A DNA stretch of 64,000 nucleotides, from the NCBI GenBank assembly GCA_043803945.1, contig JAZDJN010000087.1, positions 288,001 to 352,000 of the forward strand, in the 5' to 3' direction. The position numbers and the translations under genes are program-made. Each line of letters starts with the position of its first letter. The stretch's first letter is position 1. The notes under the pieces are model-generated. The model was given only the letters and a program-made list of their open reading frames with translations. It made no database searches and was not told the origin of the DNA. Positions 1 to 10,125 of this stretch are shown here, one piece after another. This DNA comes from a bacterium. GTDB taxonomy: Bacteria; Bacteroidota; Ignavibacteria; UBA10030.

Positions 1-838
1 CGCGATTGATATCCATCGGATTGCTGAGGGAGAGTTGTTCGCTCTCATCGACCCCTTCGATCTTCACAGGAACGAGAGGAACATGATGCGTATAGAACCT
101 CCCGTTAAAACAGACTTTGTTTGCGCGTTTCCGGAATGATTCGGCAAAAAGAGCCCAGTGCTTCGCCCGTTTTCTGTTGCCAAGATGAGCGTAGAAGTGT
201 GCCATTTGTCTGAAGGCAAGATAGTACCCCGAGTTATCGCCATGCATGATTCCCCAGAAGGTATGCTCATTGATCTGAAAATTCAGCCAGTGATGACGCC
301 CAGCCGTATAATCGAAATCCCAGGTATCGATCGTATAACCGCGTTTAACGAGCTTGTGTTTCTTATCCCATCGCCATTCGTCAGTCAGGATGTAATTAAG
401 TGCACGCTCCATATTCGGCAGGATTCGTTTCAGCCACTGATCATCACCGGTTGCCTGCCATGCGAGGTAGGCAGCGTTGACAAAGCGGTATTCGACATCC
501 GCTTCTACTGGCACCCGCACATACTTTGCCCAGTTCTCTTTCTCACATGGCACTTTTTCAGGCGTCATTGAGACATAATCAAAAATCCATCCGCGGGCAG
601 TTTGTGTCTCGGCAAAATGATTGATGAGGCTTTTCATATCGGGTTCCCAGTATTTGAAGACCCGCATCATATCGGCGTTGTCGCGCAGCCAGAGGCTTGG
701 CGAGTCGGGCGTGCGATACCCGCGCAATGGCACACCGAGTGGATTCCAGTCGGTGATATCGGCTGTCATGAATCCTTTTATTCTCGGGAAGAGTGCATCA
801 AGCTGTTGATGGCCACACCGCACAAATGATTCCTTCAT
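1..838 (-). CDS. Six-hairpin glycosidase-like (alpha/alpha)6 protein, runs off the left edge of the window (not in the ORF track)
   Basis: Manual translation from ATG at 838 (preceded by AAAGGGG): MKESFVRCGHQQLDALFPRIKGFMTAD...SLWLRDNADMMR...VEADVEYRFVNAAYLAWQATGDDQWL...TIDTWDF...HGDNSGYYLA..., open to position 2. WxRD and W-x-ATGD-x-WL patterns are typical of (alpha/alpha)6 glycosidase folds. Confidence 0.6.
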   Translation of the reverse strand, partial: MKESFVRCGHQQLDALFPRIKGFMTADITDWNPLGVPLRGYRTPDSPSLWLRDNADMMRVFKYWEPDMKSLINHFAETQTARGWIFDYVSMTPEKVPCEKENWAKYVRVPVEADVEYRFVNAAYLAWQATGDDQWLKRILPNMERALNYILTDEWRWDKKHKLVKRGYTIDTWDFDYTAGRHHWLNFQINEHTFWGIMHGDNSGYYLAFRQMAHFYAHLGNRKRAKHWALFAESFRKRANKVCFNGRFYTHHVPLVPVKIEGVDESEQLSLSNPMDINR

Positions 839-866
839 CTCAACATACCCCTTTGAATGTTATGGA

Positions 867-1901
867 TTACTTCGTTGGCTTCCACGATGGTAAGATCTCA
901 CCATACGTACTCGCTGTCACTCTTCGTTGATCGGAGCCGTTCGACCGCATTACCCAAATCTCGCTTACATATTGTTTTACTTCTCGTAAATAGATAATCC
1001 ATTTTCCATCAGGAGACCAGGCCGGATAGAACCCGTTAACAGACAGCCGCGTCTCCCCTGTCAAATCCCGCCTTATCGATTTTATTCCAAGGCTGTCATG
1101 CGTCAGAAAAGATGTTCCATCGACCGACCAGGACATGTTGTCCGGGTAACATTTGCTTAAAAAATACCGTTGCTGGCTGTCGATGCTTTTTGCTTCCAAT
1201 CCTGCGTTGGTGACCTTGTAGTATACGATACGACTATCCGGTGACCAACGAGGATACAGCGCATCGTTTAGTGTGTCGGATAGTATTCGTTGATTCAATC
1301 CATCGGGGGTTACAACCACTGTTCTCCAGGTGCCTGCCTTCCTGGAAAATGCAATCTGTGTACCATCGGGCGACCATACGGGGAACCGCGAATCATGTTC
1401 CGGCCCGGTAATCTGTGTACACCCCGCTCCATCATTCGTCATAGTACAGAGAACATATCTGTTATTTACCAGTCGTCTGAAGACCAGCGATGCTCCGTCG
1501 GGCGACCAATCAAATTCCAGATCAAAACCTTCGTACCTGGTCAGATTAATTTTATTCGATCCGTCGTTGTTCATCCGGTAAATTTCCTCTGCACCATCGC
1601 GAGTAGTTCGGAAAGCAATATATTTTCCATCGGGAGAGTACTTTGGGAAATTATCAAATCCACGATGCGCGACGGCAACTTCGTGCTTCGATAAGTCTCT
1701 GAGGTTCGATCCATCAGCATTGATCTGATAGATGCTTCTACCAAATGATCCACCTGTAGCATCATAGCTTGTATCGTTTCGACAGAACAATATTTCATAG
1801 GATTTTAATTCGGTTGTATCCAAGTCGTTGATATTCGTATCATGACAACCAGAAACAATTAGACATACAATTGTTATTATAGAAGAGCTGATTTGTTTCA
1901 T
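867..1901 (-). CDS. TolB-like beta-propeller (PD40 repeat) lipoprotein
   Basis: Lipobox-like IVSGC after a hydrophobic N-terminus; repeated P.WSPDG..IAF and EIY.MN.DGS motifs. Confidence 0.85.
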   Translation of the reverse strand: MKQISSSIITIVCLIVSGCHDTNINDLDTTELKSYEILFCRNDTSYDATGGSFGRSIYQINADGSNLRDLSKHEVAVAHRGFDNFPKYSPDGKYIAFRTTRDGAEEIYRMNNDGSNKINLTRYEGFDLEFDWSPDGASLVFRRLVNNRYVLCTMTNDGAGCTQITGPEHDSRFPVWSPDGTQIAFSRKAGTWRTVVVTPDGLNQRILSDTLNDALYPRWSPDSRIVYYKVTNAGLEAKSIDSQQRYFLSKCYPDNMSWSVDGTSFLTHDSLGIKSIRRDLTGETRLSVNGFYPAWSPDGKWIIYLREVKQYVSEIWVMRSNGSDQRRVTASTYGEILPSWKPTK

Positions 1902-1945
1902 ATGGATATCCTCCCAAAAATTACTTTACCAGAAACGACAGATGC

Positions 1946-2620
1946 CTAAGGACAGGTTATATCGGAAACAGATACGCTCGATCCATTGCTTGCTGTTATT
2001 TGTCTAATTTCAGTGCAATCACCATTATGATCGCGGAAAAAAACATAGAATGTAGTCGTTCCGATGTTTGACCGAAATATGAAAAGCTGATTATTGTAAT
2101 CAAAATAGAAATCATTTTCGGTATTATCTGGGATGTATGTCCTGTAATTAGTGCTTGTGGTATCTGATGCATTCTGAGTTGACACCGCTAGGTGGGCCCA
2201 ATCCTCTTTTGAAATATATGATGTGCTTTCTATCCAATGAATTCTCCCGGATATTTGAAATGAAATTCCAGGCACCAGCAATTCACTATTTACGCTTCCG
2301 TTCCCATTCCAATCAAAGGGATCCCCCGAACCTTGATAATTATCAGGATCAAAATAATATCCTTCTTCATATGATTTTACACTTGCATTATCCTCATGCT
2401 CTGCCCATACTTTGTAGGTGCCGATACCATTTGTTGGTAAATACCAAGGTGTTCCGCTAAAATCTCCAGATCCTAATTCTCCATCGCCAGGTTTATCGGG
2501 AACTGTATACCCAAGAAATACAGGGTTTGCGTTGGGCGCCTGTCCAAATATCTTTAATCGAACACCATAGCCTGATTCTTTCAGCCATGCTTTTCCATTT
2601 ATTATTCTAATGTCAGCCAT
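1946..2620 (-). CDS. Hypothetical protein (224 aa, beta-rich, AT-rich gene)
   Basis: Long ORF with AGGAG SD upstream, co-oriented with the TolB-like gene; no recognisable family motif. Confidence 0.6.
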   Translation of the reverse strand: MADIRIINGKAWLKESGYGVRLKIFGQAPNANPVFLGYTVPDKPGDGELGSGDFSGTPWYLPTNGIGTYKVWAEHEDNASVKSYEEGYYFDPDNYQGSGDPFDWNGNGSVNSELLVPGISFQISGRIHWIESTSYISKEDWAHLAVSTQNASDTTSTNYRTYIPDNTENDFYFDYNNQLFIFRSNIGTTTFYVFFRDHNGDCTEIRQITASNGSSVSVSDITCP

Positions 2621-2832
2621 GATATGTCTCCTATCGATTAGTGTAAGTTTATACTACCGGTTTAGTATTTGAACCATAAATATAAATCAGTTCATTATTA
2701 TCAGTCAATCCAAAATCTTTTGCCGCTCGAGTCGTGTCCATTCGGTTAATTTGCAACCACTCCTAAAAACAGTCATGCTCATATTGTACACACACAGATC
2801 AACGACAAATTCTTCTATTGGGCTTCAAACGC

Positions 2833-3978
2833 TTATTTACTCTGCTTCATGCCATATTCGATACTGACCCGTTGTATCGCTTCAAATTTCGAGACATCTG
2901 TTCCGGGCACAACGTTAAATCCATCGCCGAGAATAATGCCGCCGGAGGAAGCAAGCGTTGCGAGAATACGTCGCGCCTCCGTCTCAACTTCTGCAACTGA
3001 GCCCCGCTCCAGGATCATCGGATCGATATTGCCGTGCAGGATAACTTTACCCGCAAGCATGCTCATTTCTTCCGGCAGGTTTCCCGAACCGTAGCCGGTC
3101 AGCATGGTAATCTTCAAGTCGTTTAGCAGCGCTCCATGAAGATGGACGTTCCGGCCGCAGAGATGCATCGTGCGTCCGTCGGCACGGTAACAACCGAACA
3201 GGTCATAGAGCTTCTTTGCATACGGGACACAGAATTCCCGATATTGCTCAGGTGAAACCACCTGTGCCGAATCGTCGGAATAATTCAGTCCGTCGTCGAC
3301 GGGACGATCGAGCACTTTTCGGAATTCCGACTCGACCTCGATGTACCGCTTCGTCAGCATTGTCAAAAATGCATGACACTCATCCGGCGCTTCCATCATC
3401 CACTCATAAAAATTGGCGCCGGCAAGATCCACCGCCGTCATAAACGGACTGTCGGCATTAATACCCACGGTTACTTTAAGAGGAATTCTCTCACCGTTCA
3501 ACCGCACATCGACATCCTGCACCAATTCCTTCATCGTATAATACCACTCTAGTTTCTTTCCCCAGAGTGTTCGTCTCCAATCGGGTAACTTATGGTTTGT
3601 CAGGTCGTCAATTGTGCTCATGCTTTCGATCGCCTGTGGCGTCTCATTCTCCTGCCAGTAGATTTCGCACCCGCAGCCGCTGGCGTTGGTGACATTCTGA
3701 AAATCGGGGTAGACGATCAGCTTCGGATCACTAAACCAATCATCAGGGATATTCTCAATGCGCCATTTGAGGTTTTCAAGTTGATGAATGAGTTGCGTTT
3801 TGGGATCGGAGAAATATTCCGCAAAGGTGATTCCGCGGGCGTGGAGCAGATACCGTGCTTCGATGCCAAGCCAGATCGGTGTACGATCGAAGTACGCAAA
3901 CCGAAACGCATGCTCCAACCGTTTGCGGCTTTTGTCGATTTCGCTGAGAGGATAGTGAATATTCAATGAGTAGATCAT
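2833..3978 (-). CDS. Uroporphyrinogen decarboxylase (URO-D/MtaA-like) family protein
   Basis: SPF..A..L.G..F, DD....SPEQYREF..PY.K, MHLCG, GNIDP, GG.IL.DG..V.PGT motifs of the URO-D/CIMS-like fold. Confidence 0.85.
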   Translation of the reverse strand: MIYSLNIHYPLSEIDKSRKRLEHAFRFAYFDRTPIWLGIEARYLLHARGITFAEYFSDPKTQLIHQLENLKWRIENIPDDWFSDPKLIVYPDFQNVTNASGCGCEIYWQENETPQAIESMSTIDDLTNHKLPDWRRTLWGKKLEWYYTMKELVQDVDVRLNGERIPLKVTVGINADSPFMTAVDLAGANFYEWMMEAPDECHAFLTMLTKRYIEVESEFRKVLDRPVDDGLNYSDDSAQVVSPEQYREFCVPYAKKLYDLFGCYRADGRTMHLCGRNVHLHGALLNDLKITMLTGYGSGNLPEEMSMLAGKVILHGNIDPMILERGSVAEVETEARRILATLASSGGIILGDGFNVVPGTDVSKFEAIQRVSIEYGMKQSK

Positions 3979-4095
3979 GGGTGTTGTAAGGGTATCGTCA
4001 CAATGGTTTTTATATCACTCCTACGGAGCTCAAGTACAGATAAACCATTCGTTCTACAACTATCTCGGATCAATTAAAAAAGAATTCAAACCTGG

Positions 4096-4170
4096 GCGTC
4101 ATGAACCATTTCGTGACGCTAACTATGGAAAATATTCAACTATAAAGTGTCACGGTATGGACCGTGACAC
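4096..4170. repeat. Pair of 24-bp REP-like palindromes
   Basis: GCGTCATGAACCATTTCGTGACGC (4096-4119) and GTGTCACGGTATGGACCGTGACAC (4147-4170), related hairpins in an intergenic region. Confidence 0.55.
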
Positions 4171-4246
4171 CCTTGGTGTACTTTTTGGATAGCCTCAGAC
4201 ATTTTCAATTGTTTTTGTTCGAGCCCCGGATGGGCGATATTCATAT

Positions 4247-6121
4247 TCATATTTCCCGCCACCCTGCTTTCCCACCAAAGTCTTTCATTCTCCACATATA
4301 TTCCTGATCAATAAATGGCACATCGTCTTTATGACACTCCATTAATTCTATCTTTCGCTTGAGCTGCTCTCCAAATGACGCACCATAGATATGAAGCGTT
4401 TCTATTGTGCGTGCAACCGGCATCCAGGGAATGGTTGTCTCTTCCCATAATGCAAGAAGCTCCCGTGCGTTTTCCAATTCGTTGGCTACCATCGATCGGG
4501 TCTTTAACAGGAATTCTTCCCATCGAAGATAAGATGTTGCTTCAAGATATCCATGCACCGCTTCGGTCCATGCAACAGAATTTCTCATCGTCCTGTAATA
4601 GGCCTTTGCAGCACGCAATCGTACTGACAGATCTTCAAAGACATCCTTTGCCTGCTTGGTACACTGCTCATTTGCCAGAGTTTTCTTGAGATGGGAGAGT
4701 GCAAGCTCAAGCGGTGGTAACACCTGTTCATCGACGATATCTTTATATTCTTCTGCTTCTTTCACCGAAAGGAAATTCCACATCATATCGTTATTCAGAT
4801 CGACCCGTGCGGGATTGTTGAAGGTGGCGAGAAGGTACCGTTCGTAATACTCGCGATCCTGTTCAGGAATCGCTTCAATATTCGGCACAAAGGGACGAAT
4901 CCAGAGACGGAACCATGGGAAGGCAAATGTGCTGTACGGAATGCCCGCGGGATAATTTCTGAACGCCCGATCAGAGAGATCCCAGCACGTCATCAATTCC
5001 TCTGCATGCAGGGTGCCAACCATTCGTTCCGCCGCTTCCATCAAGATCGCATCAATGGTTTCCTCTCGCCCCTGCTGTAGAGAACGAAGCACTTCGCCAT
5101 TGATGTCAAACGGCGCAAGCGATTTGGGTGTGACGCTCACGAGCAGGTAATTTACTCCTGCCTTGCGAGCTGCCGTCAACCGTTCAAACACAATGCGGGG
5201 ATACGGGACGCCAAGAACAGAATTCAATCCGAGATCGATCTTATTGTGGACGAAGGCACCAACAGCGGTTAAACGGGTTCGTTCCTCCTCGCTCTCGCTT
5301 CCCTCAAACGAACCAAAAGCTCCTGCATCGATCCCGTCTCCCAAATGCGGAACAAGATATTTTCTCTCCGCGTAAAACGGCCCTAGGTCACAAATCACCC
5401 GAAAAGCGGGATTACTCATTTTACCCTCATCTCGCAGCAGCCGGTAATAGGTCAGAACATTTTCAGCGGCTTTCCGGGCAATCTCGTTGTCGCTCTTCCA
5501 CTCCCGGATGAGATAGGGCCCGCCGTTTCGTCCGGCATAAAGCGATGTTGTAAACTCAAATCCGGCTCCGCTGTCGTTTGTCCAGACATGCACAAACCCA
5601 AGCCCGGGAATTTCTCTCATGATATTCTGCATCAACTCCCGGTAGTGTTGTTGTACAACAGGGTGTGCCATTGCCAGTGTGTATCGCGGACGAAAACTTT
5701 CACGCGGATGATCGACACGTGCACCGCGGAGGAACGGAAATTTTTCCCAGAACTGTTCCGGTATGGAGCGGGGGGAATTGATGTGCAATCCCGGCACCAG
5801 GCCATGGTTCATGGAAAGCGATGCGATGGCCTTGAGGTTTTCCAGGTTCGCGGCAAGATAGTCTTTCGGATAGAGACCATCAAGGAGCTTGCTCGAAACG
5901 AATTGATCGAGGTCCGGGCTGTAATCGTAGAACCATGAGTAGACATCGCCTGGCGGCCCTGACTCATACGGCTTAGCAGTGCCGAGTCCGTTGATTGTTA
6001 CGTGCGTAAATCCCTGTTCGGCAAGTTGGCGGATGTACGCTTCCCGATCAAAACCCCGTGCGGTGCGTAAACTGCCGACCAGAAAATCGCTGATGTTCCG
6101 CAGCCAGAGAAATGGTGAAAT
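4247..6121 (-). CDS. Hypothetical protein (~624 aa), possibly glycoside-hydrolase-like; probable non-AUG (ATT) start
   Basis: The ORF-track start at 5812 is preceded by 103 open, protein-like codons (FDREAYIRQLAEQGFTHVTINGL...YPKDYLAANLENLK) with no ATG/GTG/TTG. AGGAG (6133-6129) lies 7 nt before ATT at 6121. Confidence 0.7.
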   Translation of the reverse strand: MSPFLWLRNISDFLVGSLRTARGFDREAYIRQLAEQGFTHVTINGLGTAKPYESGPPGDVYSWFYDYSPDLDQFVSSKLLDGLYPKDYLAANLENLKAIASLSMNHGLVPGLHINSPRSIPEQFWEKFPFLRGARVDHPRESFRPRYTLAMAHPVVQQHYRELMQNIMREIPGLGFVHVWTNDSGAGFEFTTSLYAGRNGGPYLIREWKSDNEIARKAAENVLTYYRLLRDEGKMSNPAFRVICDLGPFYAERKYLVPHLGDGIDAGAFGSFEGSESEEERTRLTAVGAFVHNKIDLGLNSVLGVPYPRIVFERLTAARKAGVNYLLVSVTPKSLAPFDINGEVLRSLQQGREETIDAILMEAAERMVGTLHAEELMTCWDLSDRAFRNYPAGIPYSTFAFPWFRLWIRPFVPNIEAIPEQDREYYERYLLATFNNPARVDLNNDMMWNFLSVKEAEEYKDIVDEQVLPPLELALSHLKKTLANEQCTKQAKDVFEDLSVRLRAAKAYYRTMRNSVAWTEAVHGYLEATSYLRWEEFLLKTRSMVANELENARELLALWEETTIPWMPVARTIETLHIYGASFGEQLKRKIELMECHKDDVPFIDQEYMWRMKDFGGKAGWREI

Positions 6122-6218
6122 GGGTTGACTCCTGTGCTACTTTGCATTCAATAACTATTGGGAATGTGGTAATGCTCTCGATGGTCTTATCAGATTTTAT
6201 AATTACTCGGTTAGTTCT

Positions 6219-6327
6219 CCTCGGATGACACACCGATATTTACAGATAATGATTTTGTGTGTTAGTTCTTCGAACAAGGTTTTACACTACTTCCTTTTCT
6301 CAGTGATAATCAGTGTGCCATCAGTGG
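6219..6327. repeat. Imperfect inverted repeat related to the GxxExxY-associated repeat family
   Basis: Left arm TCGGATGACACACCGATATTTACAGAT and right arm CTCAGTGATAATCAGTGTGCCATCAGTGG, with the same AC.GAT / ATC.GT sub-periodicity as the 25-kb array. Confidence 0.45.
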
Positions 6328-6490
6328 TTAATAATGACATATTTAGCTGAGTAGTTACGATGAAACAACAATGGGGTAACCTCACTTGGGTGAATCCCTT
6401 TGCTCCGGGGAGACCCACAAGGAGATTACCCCATGGTATTGTCTCTACATCAGCCGCACTTCTTTCAACAAGAATATGCAGCTTTAATGT

Positions 6491-7519
6491 TTACTTCATG
6501 CCTACGGTCAGGGTAATGCGATGTACCGCATCAAGAATATCCATTGAAGTCATCGCATAATCCACCCGAAGGTTGTACTGATCCAAATCAAAGCGAATTC
6601 CTCCGCCAACGGACAATCCTTCGATTGACTGCTTGATGGAGCTTCGGGTGCTCGTTCCATTATCCTCGGCGCCGGAGTAATTCAATTTATACCCGCCGCG
6701 AATTGACAGGAAGCCGCGGTAAGTATACTCGCCCCCCACATAGAAAAGCTGGGGGCTATCTTGCGGTTTCACAGCATCGACGGCAAGCAAGAGTTCTCCA
6801 ATGCCCTCGCTCTTAATCGGCTTGAAGGAAGTACCTACGCTGAAGGTGATCGGAATCGGTGACTCGACATCGTAGTACTTGATTCCGGAACCCAGGTTAC
6901 TCAGGCGGGCAGAAATTTTCCAATCGTAGAGGTAATTCCCGATGGAGCCTATTGTATAGATCGATCCAAGGTCAACGGCTACGGCACTTTTCGTCTGATC
7001 GTCCAGTGCCTCGCTGATGTACTTGATTGTCGCGCCAAGCGAGAGTTGATCTGAGAATTGCCGGGCAAACGTTGCTTGGAGAGCAATATCTTGATAATCA
7101 TACGTGCCACTCGTTGCTTGATCAATTTGCTGCGATGCCAGGGCGACCGGTGCGATATCGCGGTAGGCCGGAATGCCTGTAACACCAAACATGATGGCAC
7201 CGATACCAATTGTTCCTATATCTCCGAGTTTGTACGATACTCCAAATGCATTATGCTTCAAATCAGCTATCCATTTATTGTATGAGACCGTTCCCTGTAA
7301 TTGTTCGGTCCGCAGGGCAATTCCTGCCGGGTTCCAGAACATTTGGCCGACGTCTTCAGCGACCGATGTGCTCGCTGATCCAAGCCCTACACTACGAGCC
7401 CCAACACCCACCTTTAGGAAGGCTGCAGAGTTAAGGCCGGCTTTTCGGACTTGGGCCGGGGCGCTCAGAACGATCGCAAGTATGGATAGAACGATCAAGG
7501 CAGATCTTAGTAGTTTCAT
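6491..7519 (-). CDS. PorV/PorQ-like (UPF0164) outer-membrane beta-barrel protein
   Basis: Signal peptide; AAFLKVGVGARSVGLG.A, FWNPAG.A, SYNKWIADL, D.G..Y, GGEY.Y...L.IRGGY, DYA motifs. Confidence 0.85.
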   Translation of the reverse strand: MKLLRSALIVLSILAIVLSAPAQVRKAGLNSAAFLKVGVGARSVGLGSASTSVAEDVGQMFWNPAGIALRTEQLQGTVSYNKWIADLKHNAFGVSYKLGDIGTIGIGAIMFGVTGIPAYRDIAPVALASQQIDQATSGTYDYQDIALQATFARQFSDQLSLGATIKYISEALDDQTKSAVAVDLGSIYTIGSIGNYLYDWKISARLSNLGSGIKYYDVESPIPITFSVGTSFKPIKSEGIGELLLAVDAVKPQDSPQLFYVGGEYTYRGFLSIRGGYKLNYSGAEDNGTSTRSSIKQSIEGLSVGGGIRFDLDQYNLRVDYAMTSMDILDAVHRITLTVGMK

Positions 7520-7532
7520 GGTTGTTTTCCTC

Positions 7533-10088
7533 CTATCTCATGATCGCCAGATAGTTGCGTTCCACGCCACCGGGATATTCCACAATATAGATGTAGAGCC
7601 CGTTGGCAACTTCCATTCCATCCTTCGAAAAGAGATCCCAGAAGAAAGTTCCATTCGTTGGATTCATAATGGTCTGTTGAAAAATAATTTGTCCTGCAAC
7701 ATCCAGGATGGTAATTTTTGAGTCAGCCGGAATGTTGTTGAACGCCACCTTGTGTTCAATGCCAACATCAAAGAGGGCTGTTCGTTTATACGGATTGGGT
7801 TTGACAAAAATCTTAGCTTTTCCACTTGCAACATCGGATGCTGCCGGCACATCGGGTGCAAGGACAAATGCAGATCCGAGGAGTTTCTGGGATGGGAGAT
7901 CCTTCGGGTAGAATGCATTGAACGAACTATTAGCAAATGGATATGTTCCCATCCATAAGCCACTTCGGCCGTTGATATTCACCTTGTGTGATTCAAGTCT
8001 TGTGGTCGTTGCACCGCCCGGTCCTGTGAATGTTCCCTCCTTGTAAGCAGAGATATAATACCAATATGTGAATCCCTGAAGCACATCGGCATCCGTATCT
8101 TCATAGGCATACTTGAAGTTGCCGCTGGTGTTTGAATATTGAGCCAGCTGTTCTTTCGGTATAACCTTGATAAGCCGATAGGGACCCCAAGAATCTGCCT
8201 GCGTGAGAGTTTGGACTTCCGAGAATGCGTCGAACTTCGGGTTGATCGGCTTTAACAAATCCGATGACGTTTCTCCCGGAGTCATTTGTTCCTGGTATCG
8301 GTCCATTCCGCGCATGCCGCCATCGATCAATTTAAATTTCGGAAACGGCTGCGCTCGCCAGATTTTATATCCCTTAAATAATGGATCGCTTTCAGCCCGC
8401 GCATCCCATCGAAGCATCGATTTTCCTGAAGGAGCACCGGCCACGGAAATAACCGGCGCTGGTGGAGGTGTTGGGAGAACCGACTCTTTGTAACCACCGG
8501 GAGCCGCACCCCAGGCATTTTCATAGGCATAACGGGCAGCCAGCATTGAGCGTTGAACACCTTCGAGTCTATAGCCACCGCCTTCAACCCAGATAATAGT
8601 AATGGACTCATTAACACCCAGTGAGAAAGGACCGACAGAGTTCATGATATCTCCGCCGAATGTATGCTCAAAAATGAATCCCTTCGTCCAGGTGCCAAAT
8701 CCTGTCGGATAGTTTGTGTTTGCATCAGCCTTTCCAGTTTCCCAGGGACCCTGGCTGAACGCTGCAACACCAACTTCCTCTGAGTACAACTTCTTGTCTC
8801 CATTTGGTCGTAAGGGACTCGCCTTCGGCACAAATGTCAAAGGATTCCCGGCTGTTCCGCTTGCGAAGAAGTTAGGATTAGGATTGAAGTCCTGTGCCGC
8901 GGCATTGTTATCTTTACCGCCGTTTTTATACCAGTTCCCCATAAAGATCTTGTGCAGGCCTTCGGGGGTACTGGACGTTGGAGGAGAATCGCCACCATTT
9001 CCTCCGATGCCGTTTCCCTGCATGACGGCATGGTACCATCCTCTTTGCGTTCCTGCGCCAATCGGGTGCGTACCAAAGATTGTCGTCTTGTCTGCGTTAG
9101 CAGGATTGCCATCCCCCTTTTTCACTGCAAGGAACGAATTGAATGTCCAGACATCGGTGTACGCTTTCAACGCCTGGGCACCATTGACACCAAGATTATA
9201 CTTTCCTGCGGCAACTGTGCGGTCAGGATTCAAACGGGTCGGATCGACGCCGGGAAACGATACCACCATATCCCAGGGATTACCGCTCGGGTCAGGATCG
9301 CCAACGTAGCCCGTGTTCCTCCCAACATTGAAGTCGTTGCCACGACCACCCGTGTTGGTCAGGTAGTACGAAATCATCGGCGTTCCATTCCATCCGAGGC
9401 AGAGTGCGTTGATTTTGTTATCGGTTTTTTCAACGACACCGTCTTTGTTTAAGTCTAATTTGCCGGTGTTCGTGAGGGTCATCTCAACAACAACGAAATC
9501 GTTAAGATTTGCCCAGTTCACAGTAAATTGCCGGCAGACCATTTTAACATCGACACCAAGAGCCGTTGGAAATCCAACTTCATAGATTGCTTGTGTTCGA
9601 CTATTAGCATCAACCCATTTTGTCAGGCGCACATAGTCCCTGATTGGATCGCCCGCTCCCGGAATTTTTGTGCCGTATGTTCCAAAAGCATAGTTCGCTT
9701 TGTTAGTGCTGACATGGGGTGTTGATGGGAAGAATGCTGGATCCGGATTGTACTCTGCGATCCTCATGTTGTGTGACCAATACTGCCCATAATTCCAGCC
9801 GCCCGGCCACATCGTTGTTGGTACGTTCCAGAGACGATTCTGGTTTCCCATGTGGACAAAGGTGTGGTTATTTACTGCGTCAGCTCCAACTTCTCGCCAC
9901 CACCTGTTGTCTGTGTATGGCGTCAGATTATCCGGCGTGAAGGCATCCCACCAATCGCCGGCCACGAACACACCTGTGCTCGCGGGTCCTGAGCCCTGTC
10001 GAGTATCAGTCTGACTGTACATCATCGATGTGAGCAACAGTATCAGACCAAGAACGACAAGTGCTTTTATTAAGTTTCTCGAAAGCAT
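7533..10088 (-). CDS. Large secreted protein with FnIII-like region and T9SS C-terminal-sorting-like domain
   Basis: Start reassigned to ATG 10088 (MLSRNLIKALVVLGLILLL, signal peptide, GGAG SD). C-terminus IFVKPNPY...ITILDVAGQII...FFWDL.SKDG.EVANGLYIYIVE. Confidence 0.8.
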   Translation of the reverse strand: MLSRNLIKALVVLGLILLLTSMMYSQTDTRQGSGPASTGVFVAGDWWDAFTPDNLTPYTDNRWWREVGADAVNNHTFVHMGNQNRLWNVPTTMWPGGWNYGQYWSHNMRIAEYNPDPAFFPSTPHVSTNKANYAFGTYGTKIPGAGDPIRDYVRLTKWVDANSRTQAIYEVGFPTALGVDVKMVCRQFTVNWANLNDFVVVEMTLTNTGKLDLNKDGVVEKTDNKINALCLGWNGTPMISYYLTNTGGRGNDFNVGRNTGYVGDPDPSGNPWDMVVSFPGVDPTRLNPDRTVAAGKYNLGVNGAQALKAYTDVWTFNSFLAVKKGDGNPANADKTTIFGTHPIGAGTQRGWYHAVMQGNGIGGNGGDSPPTSSTPEGLHKIFMGNWYKNGGKDNNAAAQDFNPNPNFFASGTAGNPLTFVPKASPLRPNGDKKLYSEEVGVAAFSQGPWETGKADANTNYPTGFGTWTKGFIFEHTFGGDIMNSVGPFSLGVNESITIIWVEGGGYRLEGVQRSMLAARYAYENAWGAAPGGYKESVLPTPPPAPVISVAGAPSGKSMLRWDARAESDPLFKGYKIWRAQPFPKFKLIDGGMRGMDRYQEQMTPGETSSDLLKPINPKFDAFSEVQTLTQADSWGPYRLIKVIPKEQLAQYSNTSGNFKYAYEDTDADVLQGFTYWYYISAYKEGTFTGPGGATTTRLESHKVNINGRSGLWMGTYPFANSSFNAFYPKDLPSQKLLGSAFVLAPDVPAASDVASGKAKIFVKPNPYKRTALFDVGIEHKVAFNNIPADSKITILDVAGQIIFQQTIMNPTNGTFFWDLFSKDGMEVANGLYIYIVEYPGGVERNYLAIMR

Positions 10089-10125
10089 AATGTAATCTCC
10101 TTTGATTTGGTTGACACGTTGCATG

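Noticed and set aside
64-829. Short ORFs listed at 64-829
   Set aside because: Shadows of the real minus-strand CDS that starts at 838 and runs off the window.
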